DNA of 64,000 bases from Patescibacteria group bacterium. GTDB lineage: Bacteria; Patescibacteriota; Microgenomatia; UBA8517. The stretch's first letter is position 1, and each line of letters starts with the position of its first letter. Both the position numbers and the translations under genes were made by a program. The notes under the pieces were generated by a model. The model saw nothing but the letters and a program-made list of their open reading frames with translations, searched no databases and was not told where the DNA came from. Shown one piece after another: positions 10,282 through 19,085 of the stretch. The stretch is taken from NCBI GenBank assembly GCA_035291665.1, contig DATDRP010000003.1, positions 212,549-276,548 on the forward strand, in the 5' to 3' direction.

Positions 10282-10593
10282 CTATTTCGATTTAGATTTT
10301 CTGCCGAGTATATGTTGCACCGAAGGGCTTATTGGTTTACCTTTACGATGAATACACCCGATCCAACAACAAGGACGTCGCATTCCTTCTTTAAGTTCCG
10401 AAACCACTCTACTTACATGGTCTTTTCTGGTTTCTTGTTTCTTGACAAAAATCGTCCAACAAATCCACTCATTTCTCGCAAGCGGTGTTAGATCCTCCCA
10501 CTCAGTAAGCGCTTTTGGGTCAGAAATTAAAGCTTCCCGTAAATCTGCTGGAACTTCATGCACTACACCAGTTGCGATTTTATTTTTAGTCAT
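10282..10593 (-). CDS. YdeI/OmpD-associated family protein
   Basis: VPADL...WEDLTPLARNEWICW...RRPCCWIGC. Confidence 0.85.
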   Translation of the reverse strand: MTKNKIATGVVHEVPADLREALISDPKALTEWEDLTPLARNEWICWTIFVKKQETRKDHVSRVVSELKEGMRRPCCWIGCIHRKGKPISPSVQHILGRKSKSK

Positions 10594-10676
10594 ATTCTTA
10601 TTTTACCACTCCTTTTTCTTCTTTGGTTCCGCCTGCTAGAAAATACGAGAACCCGCCATGCTAGAATATAGGATGT

Positions 10677-10895
10677 ATGAAGTTATCCAATAACAGCTAC
10701 ACAATTTTCTTAGGCACTAAGAATTTCACTGAGCGTTATTATAAAGACAAAAAAGGGTGGTTGAAGATTTCAGCACAAGGTAAAAAATTCCGGATGACTG
10801 CTGAGCAAGTGCTCAATCACCTGTTGCCAGCAGTTGCAGGTATTAAACCAAATCTAATACTAAAAGTAGAACATCGCGAAATGGTTAAAGAATAG
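10677..10895 (+). CDS. Small hypothetical protein
   Basis: 72 aa ORF; TAGAAT upstream of ATG. Confidence 0.6.
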   Translation: MKLSNNSYTIFLGTKNFTERYYKDKKGWLKISAQGKKFRMTAEQVLNHLLPAVAGIKPNLILKVEHREMVKE

Positions 10896-10911
10896 AAATT
10901 TGGCAAATTGC

Positions 10912-11346
10912 TTAATCGCAGAAATTAGGCTTGAGAATTGTGTCAGGGAAACCGTATTGCTGACGTATTTTGGTGCAATCAACATTACCATTGCCATCCC
11001 AAACTACCTCCCAACCATTGCCTAAGATTGCCAACCACATACCGCCCTCACCCGGTCCACCTTGCCCAAACAAAACGCTACCCGAAGCAAATCCGGGTAT
11101 TTCCTTAACAACGGTTACTTTCACTTCAGATATTGGTTTTTGATATTTATTTGCCAAAAAGGCGGCAATCGCATGCTGGGTATCGGGATAAGGTGTGGGA
11201 GAAATAATTCCTTGGGCTACCGGGGTAGGTGTACCTGAAGGCAATGTAACCGGCATATTCGCAACCTTCTGTTTTGCAAAGAATAGATAATAGCCAAATC
11301 CTAAAACCGCAAGAACCACCAAAACAATCAAAGGTTTAAACTTCAT
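10912..11346 (-). CDS. Membrane-anchored hypothetical protein
   Basis: N-terminal TM, PT linker, WEVVWDGNG..C..C. Confidence 0.7.
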   Translation of the reverse strand: MKFKPLIVLVVLAVLGFGYYLFFAKQKVANMPVTLPSGTPTPVAQGIISPTPYPDTQHAIAAFLANKYQKPISEVKVTVVKEIPGFASGSVLFGQGGPGEGGMWLAILGNGWEVVWDGNGNVDCTKIRQQYGFPDTILKPNFCD

Positions 11347-11442
11347 TTGTATAGTGTATCAAATTTTTGGATACATTTAGTGCCAATAGGTTATAACACT
11401 GAGCTTATCGAAGTGCTCCCCCTGGTTGGCGTATTTAAGAAT

Positions 11443-11492
11443 GACATCCTCCCCCGAGTCTGACTCGGTGGTATTCTTGAAATCTGTTATAA
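11443..11492. mobile_element. Internally deleted IS200/IS605-like mini-element, copy C
   Basis: Left end identical to 6566-6591, joined to the TTCTTGAAATCTGTTATAA right tail. Confidence 0.6.
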
Positions 11493-11508
11493 ATGATAAA
11501 CTGAATCC

Positions 11509-11784
11509 ATGACAATACTGGCAGGCTTGGCGGCAATAACGGGTGTTTTTTTGGGTTTGGGTAGTCTTCCTCAAGCAGTTAAAATATTCCGAACAAAAAG
11601 TGCTGTAGATATTGCTCCTTTATCATATGTCATCATGGTGCTTGGGTCATTCATTTGGATTCTCTATGGATTGGAATTAAAAAGTCTACCAATCATGATC
11701 CCTAATATATTGGGCGTAATTCTTGGAACAATAATATTAATGGGTTGGTTCCTCTACGGAAAGCTACGCAAAAAAACACCTTGA
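11509..11784 (+). CDS. SemiSWEET / PQ-loop family transporter
   Basis: LPQAVKIFRTKSAVDI, WILYG, PN; 3 TM. Confidence 0.85.
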   Translation: MTILAGLAAITGVFLGLGSLPQAVKIFRTKSAVDIAPLSYVIMVLGSFIWILYGLELKSLPIMIPNILGVILGTIILMGWFLYGKLRKKTP

Positions 11785-11793
11785 CTAAACATT

Positions 11794-12222
11794 TCAATTA
11801 TTAGGAGAATACTCAATGATCCATTCAATACCGTATTTATCTCGAAACATACCCGCATATGAGCCCCATGGACTGTCCCCGATAGATCCTTCTACTTCTC
11901 CTCCGGCTGAAAGACCATGAAATAATCTGTCCGCCTCTTCTTTACTTTCCGTGCTTACCAAAATCTTGTTTCTGTTTTCTTTCTCATTTACTCGTCCCAA
12001 AACTTCCGGGACATCATTGGCAATGAGCATTGTAGTGGTACCGATAGGTAACGCAATATACATTATTTTATCTTCCTCTTTTTCTGCTACTTGGAATTCA
12101 GCGCTGGCAATGTCTTTGAAACGTACCACTTTCGAGAATTCTCCACCGAATACCGATTTATAAAAAGTAAATGCCTCGAGAGCATTACCGTTGAAGTTAA
12201 TCCAAGGATTTAGTGTAGCCAT
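11794..12222 (-). CDS. VOC family (PhnB-like) protein
   Basis: LNPWINFNGNALEAFTFYKSVFGG...PWG...DKYGIEW. Confidence 0.9.
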   Translation of the reverse strand: MATLNPWINFNGNALEAFTFYKSVFGGEFSKVVRFKDIASAEFQVAEKEEDKIMYIALPIGTTTMLIANDVPEVLGRVNEKENRNKILVSTESKEEADRLFHGLSAGGEVEGSIGDSPWGSYAGMFRDKYGIEWIIEYSPNN

Positions 12223-12470
12223 CAGTAATGATACCAAATCAAATCAATATGATAAAACGGTCTTTTTTGGCTCGAGGATCGTAACGTTAATATAACCAAT
12301 AGAATAGCACAAATTTTCAATGTTGTTGAAGATTATACCTTTGTAGCCTACTTGAGGGAAGAAATGGCGAAAGTAAACGTTTTTCACCTTCTTAAAATTC
12401 CAGACACTTTTATTGCTCTTTGTACTTTTTGGTAAGCTTGGAAAGCATTAATATTACAAATATTCGACCT

Positions 12471-13208
12471 TTATATTCTAGTTAATAACCCATAAATTAG
12501 GTCAAGGCCATATATCACAGAAGATATTTTAAGAGATTTAGTGATAAGTAAATACTTATCATCTCCAACTAACTTTATCCTCCTTATTATATTAATTACT
12601 ACGATAACTAAAGCTATCACAGCTGAAGAAATCATCAAAACTAACATAGGTGATATGACATACCAAGCAAATCCTACACTCAAATCAGAAGTTGAAGTTA
12701 AAAATTGCTTTACAAAAGAAATCGAATAACCAACAACAAACCATTTTGCGAGTTCTTTTTGAGTTTTACCCCAACTTTGATATTTGGACATTACTTCACC
12801 TTTAGGTGATAAAACTTCATAATCAAACTCTTCTTCTGTTTTTTCTAACTTTTCCGCAGCTTTTTGTGAGAAATAAACCGTTATTCCGCCAATGGGGAAA
12901 GTTATTAACCCCACTATCATTTGCCAAAAGTACATAATGAAACTTAAAAATATCAAACCGATTACCGCCACAACTATCAACCACCATCCTATCCCCAAGT
13001 TAGCTGACACCAACTGCCAGATGTAGTAGAGGGGATAAAGTATGAAATAAATTTGTATAACCCAGGTCAGTAACGTATTAATTGCATAAGGAATAGCAAA
13101 GAAGGCTTTTTTAAAAAGGACAGAAAGTGCGTAGAAAAACAAATTAAATACAAACCAGAATATTAGTAATAAAAAATATCCGATTAAGAAGTTGATAATC
13201 CCTATCAT
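12471..13208 (-). CDS. Polytopic membrane protein
   Basis: 245 aa with ~6 hydrophobic segments. Confidence 0.65.
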   Translation of the reverse strand: MIGIINFLIGYFLLLIFWFVFNLFFYALSVLFKKAFFAIPYAINTLLTWVIQIYFILYPLYYIWQLVSANLGIGWWLIVVAVIGLIFLSFIMYFWQMIVGLITFPIGGITVYFSQKAAEKLEKTEEEFDYEVLSPKGEVMSKYQSWGKTQKELAKWFVVGYSISFVKQFLTSTSDLSVGFAWYVISPMLVLMISSAVIALVIVVINIIRRIKLVGDDKYLLITKSLKISSVIYGLDLIYGLLTRI

Positions 13209-13507
13209 AGTTTCTTTTTAATTGAATCTGATGCCACAAAAAATAGTACGGCTGAAATTAAATCGATTCCTACCCAAGTCGATTTATCTAAATACACCGG
13301 TAATATTGGATTAAAGAGAAAAGCTATTGCGCCAAAAACAAGCATCCAGCCGTTTAAACCAGATTTATTGAAACCGTATGCAATTGCAATTGAAGTAGTA
13401 AAAATTACCCAACGTAGAAAAATATAATAACCATAAGGCCAAAGGCCAGAGGGAATCGCAAGAATTAGCAAAATGCCAGAAATATATGATATCAATTTTA
13501 TATTCAT
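13205..13507 (-). CDS. DUF6804-like membrane protein
   Basis: WPYGYYIFLRW...LFNPILPVYL..W..ID. Confidence 0.75.
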   Translation of the reverse strand: MNIKLISYISGILLILAIPSGLWPYGYYIFLRWVIFTTSIAIAYGFNKSGLNGWMLVFGAIAFLFNPILPVYLDKSTWVGIDLISAVLFFVASDSIKKKL

Positions 13508-13514
13508 ATTTTTA

Positions 13515-14495
13515 CTATTTGTTGTGATTTTTATTTATTAACTTTTCAATATCTTCTGGACTAGTTGGACCAGTTGATCCAAAACCGCTAGAATAGTACG
13601 GGAGCGTTGTTGTCGTAGTCGCTGTTCCTCCGTAATTAACGGGATAAGATGAACTACTACTTGTAGTTGTTGTATAAGTTGTAGTGGTTGGCCCCATATA
13701 GTTGATAGTGTCACTTGGACTGACAGAAGCCGTAGATATAATAGTCCCAAAAGTCATATCTGCCTGTCTAACAAATCTGTTCACTTTCTCTGTAACGTCT
13801 TTTTCTTTTTCAATCTGCTTTCTTTCAATTTTTTCTTTAGTCAAAGCTCCAATAAATTCTCCCAAGCTGGTATACAGCATAATCTTTTTCTTTGATTTAC
13901 TTTTCCATTCATTTATGAGAACCGGATGAAGCTCTTTTTTAGATTTTACTAATGATTTCCAATCGGGGTCATCCGTAATGATTGCCATATCGTCATCCAC
14001 ACAAAGGTTTATTAATGTTTCCCATTCTATTTCGTCACCTATCGGTCCTTTGCCATATGGTGGGCTACCCTTCCAACGTCTTTTTATTGCTTTTTCTATT
14101 ATTTCGTCGTTCTCATAAATATTCGAGGCGTTTTTGACAACAACATATATTTCGCTTTTCCATTTTTTTACAGAATTAAGATAGTCCTTCTTTAATTTCA
14201 AGATAACCTGTCGCCACTTATCATGAAGCCTGTCTACTTCTTCCGCAACTTTGTTATCCGCAATTGATACGGCTAGTTTTGGTTTTTTCAATGGATAAAT
14301 CTGACTTAAAGTTCCAATATAACCCAACCACACCTTGTCAATATTTCTTAATAATTCTTCTTGAGTAACTTTGGGGAATACTAGTGAAAACTTATCTTGG
14401 CTCATTAGCTCGGATAGTCTACCAAGGGAACCAAATTTCTCTTCGGAACACTCAATAAAACTTAAATATATATTGGTATCAATAAACAATCTCAT
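13515..14495 (-). CDS. PIN-domain protein with S/T-rich tail
   Basis: LFIDTNIYL, EE, IGDEIEWETL, ITDDPDW. Confidence 0.75.
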   Translation of the reverse strand: MRLFIDTNIYLSFIECSEEKFGSLGRLSELMSQDKFSLVFPKVTQEELLRNIDKVWLGYIGTLSQIYPLKKPKLAVSIADNKVAEEVDRLHDKWRQVILKLKKDYLNSVKKWKSEIYVVVKNASNIYENDEIIEKAIKRRWKGSPPYGKGPIGDEIEWETLINLCVDDDMAIITDDPDWKSLVKSKKELHPVLINEWKSKSKKKIMLYTSLGEFIGALTKEKIERKQIEKEKDVTEKVNRFVRQADMTFGTIISTASVSPSDTINYMGPTTTTYTTTTSSSSSYPVNYGGTATTTTTLPYYSSGFGSTGPTSPEDIEKLINKNHNK

Positions 14496-14501
14496 AATAA
14501 T

Positions 14502-14870
14502 TTATTTTCTTTCTAGAACTCTGCTAAGAATCGCCTCTACTCCTTTAGTAATATTCAGAGACATAACACAAAGATGACCAAATACTCCCAAGATAAAGAT
14601 AATAAACAAAATAAAGTCGCTAAAAACTAAAGCCTCCCCTTTTAAAAGTAGTGGCAATCGAATTAATGCAAAATAATATACAATTAATCCTGCAATGAAA
14701 AAGTTAAAGGAGTCATTCCATATTTCAGCAAACTTCAATTGCCAGGGAGCGTTCTTACGAGGTTTCTTTTCATCTTTTTCAAAATCATAATAAGAATAAA
14801 TGCTTTTATATTTAATACTACCTAGAACTAAGCTAATTAAAAATATACCTACAATGATTGAATTGTTCAT
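14502..14870 (-). CDS. Membrane protein
   Basis: 122 aa, 3 TM; first gene of a tight 4-gene unit. Confidence 0.6.
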   Translation of the reverse strand: MNNSIIVGIFLISLVLGSIKYKSIYSYYDFEKDEKKPRKNAPWQLKFAEIWNDSFNFFIAGLIVYYFALIRLPLLLKGEALVFSDFILFIIFILGVFGHLCVMSLNITKGVEAILSRVLERK

Positions 14871-15017
14871 AATATTTTAACATCGAACTTGGTCAGATTA
14901 AGATAATTCAGCTCCTCCGGTAGGATTCCCTTCGATTACACTCAGGGTAAACTTCTCATCCTACCGAACGCTTCTACTCGCCATGCTTGCACTGAGTGAA
15001 GCGTAGTGAGCCGAAGG

Positions 15018-15062
15018 GCTCCCCCGGTAAGTCTACTTTTGATTACAAAAGATCTTGGCCGG
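15018..15062. repeat. 45-bp tRNA-3'-like hairpin repeat, copy 1 of 3
   Basis: GCTCCCCCGGTARGTCTACTTTTGATTACAAAAGATCTTGGCCGG, also at 15968 and 18353. Confidence 0.9.
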
Positions 15063-15209
15063 TTTCGCAAATTAAACTTCGTTAAATTTGCTCCCGCTAA
15101 TAAATACATTCAGGACACTTGACTATTCACAATTCCAAGACTACAAACCTCGATTTCTTCAGTCCTATCTATAATAACTTAATAAATACTAATTAGGTTA
15201 TTCAAACAG

Positions 15210-15470
15210 TTACCCTATTTTTTTAACCAAATTTACCTTATGATTAGCCCAATCAAATTCATAAGTCTTAAGTTGTTCGTCTCCTAACACCTCGGGTAAT
15301 CCCATATCAGTATCTCCATCTTTTTGGTGAATATGTGTCTCTCGTGTGACTCTACCGTCAGTCCATTTTGAGAAAACATCACTTCTTAATTTCCCGTCCA
15401 CAGCAGAAACATAAGTGTCAATGGCTTGTTCGGATATTGTGGCTTTAGGAGCTTCATTTTGCTCAGCCAT
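15210..15470 (-). CDS. Hypothetical protein
   Basis: 86 aa; AAGGAGGTG Shine-Dalgarno upstream. Confidence 0.7.
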   Translation of the reverse strand: MAEQNEAPKATISEQAIDTYVSAVDGKLRSDVFSKWTDGRVTRETHIHQKDGDTDMGLPEVLGDEQLKTYEFDWANHKVNLVKKIG

Positions 15471-15650
15471 TTTTAATCACCTCCTTCAAAATTCTCATAA
15501 CTTTTCTTGCCGTATTATACCCTGTGGTCTACAAAATAGTAAAATACGAACAAAAAGTAATGAAAAAAGTAAAGAAAAATTTGTTGCAACCACCATTCAG
15601 GCAAAAAGATTTAATATCCGTCAGCTCCTTTATCGGTTTTTGTCATAAAT

Positions 15651-15980
15651 ATGATATTAAGACGGCAAATGAGGATTACACAGGATAAATATGACACGCT
15701 ACTAGATAAATATAAGAAAATTAAGGCAGATTTGTTGGTACAAATGGAACAACACAGCAGTGCTGACAAAAACTACTTTGTTAAGGCCAGTAAGTTATTG
15801 GAATTGGCTCGTAAAGCATACGAATTATTTGAAAAAGTGGATGCTTACCAAAAAAGAGAGCTTCTGTTTTACTTATTTCAGAACTCTCAAATGGACGGGG
15901 AAAAGCTCGTTCCTAGCCTCAAAATGCAATTTGATGTCATACTAGAAGCCAATAAAACAAAAGATTGGCTCCCCCGGTAG
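15651..15980 (+). pseudogene. C-terminal remnant of a putative large serine recombinase
   Basis: Coiled coil, then KRELL...GEKLV...FDVIL...WLPR* ending inside a tRNA-like 3' copy; no catalytic domain; homologous to 45039-45281. Confidence 0.7.
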
Positions 15981-16012
15981 GTCTACTTTTGATTACAAAA
16001 GATCTTGGCCGG
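15968..16012. repeat. 45-bp tRNA-3'-like hairpin repeat, copy 2 of 3
   Basis: One mismatch to copies 1 and 3. Confidence 0.9.
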
Positions 16013-16122
16013 TGGAATTTATTTCCTTTTGCCTGCCTTGAGCTTGTTTACACTGAGTTTACCGAATTGCCGAAGAGCTCTCTTATTGGGAGGAATTTAG
16101 AACTATAGCACTTCATATTTAG

Positions 16123-16560
16123 TTATAGATTTGAGTAAGTTTTGTACATCCACACGAGAATTATCACATTCAAGATTAATATAGCGGAATTAAATATTAG
16201 TATTACTTTGGGGGAAAACTTGGATTTTATTACAAGATAGGAATAACCGGAATAAGTTAGCAAATGAAATAAGATATTGGAAATAGTTCCCCAAGAATTA
16301 ATACTATATTCAAGTTCTCCCGATAAACAGATATTAAATGGAAAGGGAACAAATAAGTCATATTTTGGAGCACACATACAGCTTACGCACATAAAACGAA
16401 CTTCAAAAAATGAACTTATTAAGCTAAAAACTGTATAAACAACAATCTCCATTACTAGAGGTATAAAAAGAATACGTATTTGTAAGGGTGAAAGCTTCGT
16501 AATTATTTTCAATAATTCAGTATTTATTATCAGGTCAGAGAAGTCAATAAAATGGTCCAA
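16123..16560 (-). CDS. Hypothetical membrane protein
   Basis: Hydrophobic ORF between 21-bp direct repeats at 16082 and 16572; start uncertain. Confidence 0.5.
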   Translation of the reverse strand: MDHFIDFSDLIINTELLKIITKLSPLQIRILFIPLVMEIVVYTVFSLISSFFEVRFMCVSCMCAPKYDLFVPFPFNICLSGELEYSINSWGTISNILFHLLTYSGYSYLVIKSKFSPKVILIFNSAILILNVIILVWMYKTYSNL

Positions 16561-16595
16561 GTTGAAATTCGCTTATTGGGAAGAATTTAGAATAT

Positions 16596-17138
16596 TTACC
16601 TCCATCTAATTTTCAGACTTTTAAAACTTTTACGGTCTTTGTGATTCCATTGACCTACCATAATATGTACATGTGGATCTGGTTTTCCCTGATTATTATT
16701 TTCAATCCATCCATTTAAACCAACTACAGCTATGGGTTGTCCTACTTCAACAAGATCTCCAACTTTTAATACAAGCTTTTCTCCTTTTTCATTTATATAT
16801 GGATCCAGATGACCCATCTCAACAAATTCGGGTCTTTCACCTTCTCCAACCCGAATATTCACATAATTCAATTTATCTTTAAAATCATCTGTTGGTCCGC
16901 ACTCGATGTTGTTCATTACAACATAGTCTACAATTCCTGAAATCGGAGCATAAACAACAGTTTTTTCAGTATCAGGGTGTGGTACAGATATATCTAAAGC
17001 ATGCTTGAAACTACCAGTGTGAGCAGAAGATGAGAGAAAAATATATTTTTGCAGTTTAACCGGTAGGTCATACTTATATTTACTGTAACCAAGGAGAGGC
17101 ATGACTTCTTTGACATTTAAGGTTTCATTTTCTGCCAT
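16596..17138 (-). CDS. M23 family metallopeptidase without signal peptide
   Basis: HALD, APISG, GHL, VGDLVEVGQPIA, PHVH. Confidence 0.75.
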   Translation of the reverse strand: MAENETLNVKEVMPLLGYSKYKYDLPVKLQKYIFLSSSAHTGSFKHALDISVPHPDTEKTVVYAPISGIVDYVVMNNIECGPTDDFKDKLNYVNIRVGEGERPEFVEMGHLDPYINEKGEKLVLKVGDLVEVGQPIAVVGLNGWIENNNQGKPDPHVHIMVGQWNHKDRKSFKSLKIRWR

Positions 17139-17247
17139 AACTGAAGTATATCAAAAGTTCAAATCCTACTTAGCGTTGATCATTTTGATGCAGTAATTTG
17201 AAACTAAAATCACTTGCTCTCTCTAATAGACGGAGTTCGAACCTATT

Positions 17248-18303
17248 TTATTTCATTGGTGAATATTTGAAATTCACATCACGTTGTTCGGCAGGGATTT
17301 GATAACCGTCGGTTTCGAAAGGATAAGCAAGAACTCCGCTGGGAAAGGTCGCATCAGGACTATAACTTTGCCAATAGAAGAACGAGCCAGGTTGAACAAG
17401 GTGAAGATGTGTGTCTCCATTTTGAATGTTCGGATTTACTGATATGTCCGGTACAGCAAAGTAGAAGTCAGCAAAGGAGTGTGTACCAACATTACCCGGC
17501 GCCGGTACCGTGCCAGCAAATCCAATTAGTTCCCCGCGTTTTACCTTATATCCAATTAGAGCACCATATGAAGTTGCGTTACCCGTGGGTGTAACTTCAT
17601 AGTTCCCATCCCAAAATATTTGGTATCCCTGAGCTGGCGGAGCCATGAGGTCGTTACTTACCTCTTGAGTGTGTCCGGTCAATAGAGGTGAGGTTAATAA
17701 ATGATATACAGTAAAATACACTCCCGGCCAATCAGGACTTGCAGACTTGAAGAATAATTTCACATCATCGGAATGTGCAGATGTTTTCCCCGACACAATC
17801 TGAGTACTGGTATCCCGAAAGCCAACTAACACCATATCGAACGGTGCTAGTACCGGCGAACCGTCTTTATAAGCTTCAAAGCCCATACCAGGCTTATGCT
17901 GGTAAGGTTTCCAACCTGGATGGCCGCCAACCTTTGGACCCAGTGTAATCATGTCAGGGTCAGCACCCGTACCATATAACTCCGTATGGGTATTAATGCC
18001 ATTCATACTGGGTGGTGGTGAAGTTATCGCAGATGCGCTTGTTTTAGGCACGCCTTGAATAGGTATTGTAGTTGGTGTAGGGGCGGAAGTGGGGGTCAGT
18101 GTAGAGGTCGGGGTTGTGGCAACATTTTTTGTTAACAGATACACGCCTGCTCCAACAGTGATCAAAAATATGAATATGATTATGATTAAAATCAATTTCC
18201 ATTTATTTTTCGGGGTAGAAATCTTGCTAATTAATTGCTGTAAGTTGGGTTGAATTATTGGAGTTTCATTTTTAATCGATTGACTTGGGATATTTGAATC
18301 CAT
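17248..18303 (-). CDS. Membrane-anchored M23-like protein
   Basis: TM, PT linker, APFD, VYHL, KVKRGELIGFAG. Confidence 0.6.
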   Translation of the reverse strand: MDSNIPSQSIKNETPIIQPNLQQLISKISTPKNKWKLILIIIIFIFLITVGAGVYLLTKNVATTPTSTLTPTSAPTPTTIPIQGVPKTSASAITSPPPSMNGINTHTELYGTGADPDMITLGPKVGGHPGWKPYQHKPGMGFEAYKDGSPVLAPFDMVLVGFRDTSTQIVSGKTSAHSDDVKLFFKSASPDWPGVYFTVYHLLTSPLLTGHTQEVSNDLMAPPAQGYQIFWDGNYEVTPTGNATSYGALIGYKVKRGELIGFAGTVPAPGNVGTHSFADFYFAVPDISVNPNIQNGDTHLHLVQPGSFFYWQSYSPDATFPSGVLAYPFETDGYQIPAEQRDVNFKYSPMK

Positions 18304-18352
18304 AAATAAATCATTCCAGAAAGCAATAGGGAAGTCAATTTGAGGCTAATTT

Positions 18353-18397
18353 GCTCCCCCGGTAAGTCTACTTTTGATTACAAAAGATCTTGGCCGG
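18353..18397. repeat. 45-bp tRNA-3'-like hairpin repeat, copy 3 of 3
   Basis: Identical to 15018-15062. Confidence 0.9.
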
Positions 18398-18466
18398 TGT
18401 CGCAAATTTCTCTGCGATAAATTTACTCCCCCGGTAGGATTCCCTTCAGCTTCGTTCAGGGTAAAC

Positions 18467-18769
18467 TCACAACAGGTTCTCACCAGCCAGAAGAGCTTCA
18501 ACAAACTCAGTATATGTATTATATCCCAACTTGCCTTCTACTAACATTTGCTTCTTTGCTCTTGACCAACCTTTAATTTGTTTTTCTCTAATAGCTGCCA
18601 AATGTTCACCGGGATATTTTTCAGCATAAATAAGTTTCAAATCAGAAAATTTTTTGGTAAAAAAAGAGACCTTTGATTTATGTTGTTTTATTCTGTTTAC
18701 AATATCAGGGGTTATACCAATATAAAAAGTTTTTTGGTCGCAAAGAAGCATATAAACATACCATGACAC
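18467..18769 (-). CDS. Stand-alone GIY-YIG nuclease
   Basis: YVYML..FYIGIT...R..QH...REKQIKGWSRAKK. Confidence 0.9.
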   Translation of the reverse strand: MSWYVYMLLCDQKTFYIGITPDIVNRIKQHKSKVSFFTKKFSDLKLIYAEKYPGEHLAAIREKQIKGWSRAKKQMLVEGKLGYNTYTEFVEALLAGENLL

Positions 18770-18858
18770 TTATTCTTTTCCATAAAATAACCTGCACTGA
18801 GCCCTTCAGTTTCATTCAGGACTGTGCAACTGGTGCTTGCACTGAGCTTGCCGAAGTG

Positions 18859-18930
18859 CTCCTCGGCTAGGATTTGAACCTAGAACCTTCTCGTTAACAG
18901 CGAGCCGCTCTACCGTTGAGCTACCGAGGA
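18859..18930 (-). tRNA. tRNA-Asn(GTT)
   Basis: Cloverleaf: TCCTCGG/CCGAGGA acceptor, CTGTTAA loop, GGTTCAAATCC T-arm; CCA not encoded. Confidence 0.95.
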
Positions 18931-19085
18931 ATGTTTGAAATCGCATGCTATTATATCAACTGCCTCTGTTCTTTTCCATATAATATCATCCAAATTATGC
19001 AGCATTAACATTCGTTGGGGTCGTTTTTGAAAATCCGACATATGAAAATAATTTACTAACTTATAATTATAGGATATAATAATGT

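Noticed and set aside
5953-10580. 16-bp identity ACACCAGTTGCGATTT at 5953 and 10565
   Set aside because: One 16-mer match in 64 kb is near chance expectation and does not extend.
14911-18466. CRISPR array
   Set aside because: Repeats are irregularly spaced with genes between them, look tRNA-derived, and no cas genes are present.
1023-18860. Classical integron (IntI/attC)
   Set aside because: No tyrosine integrase, and I found no recurring RYYYAAC...GTTRRRY attC structure.
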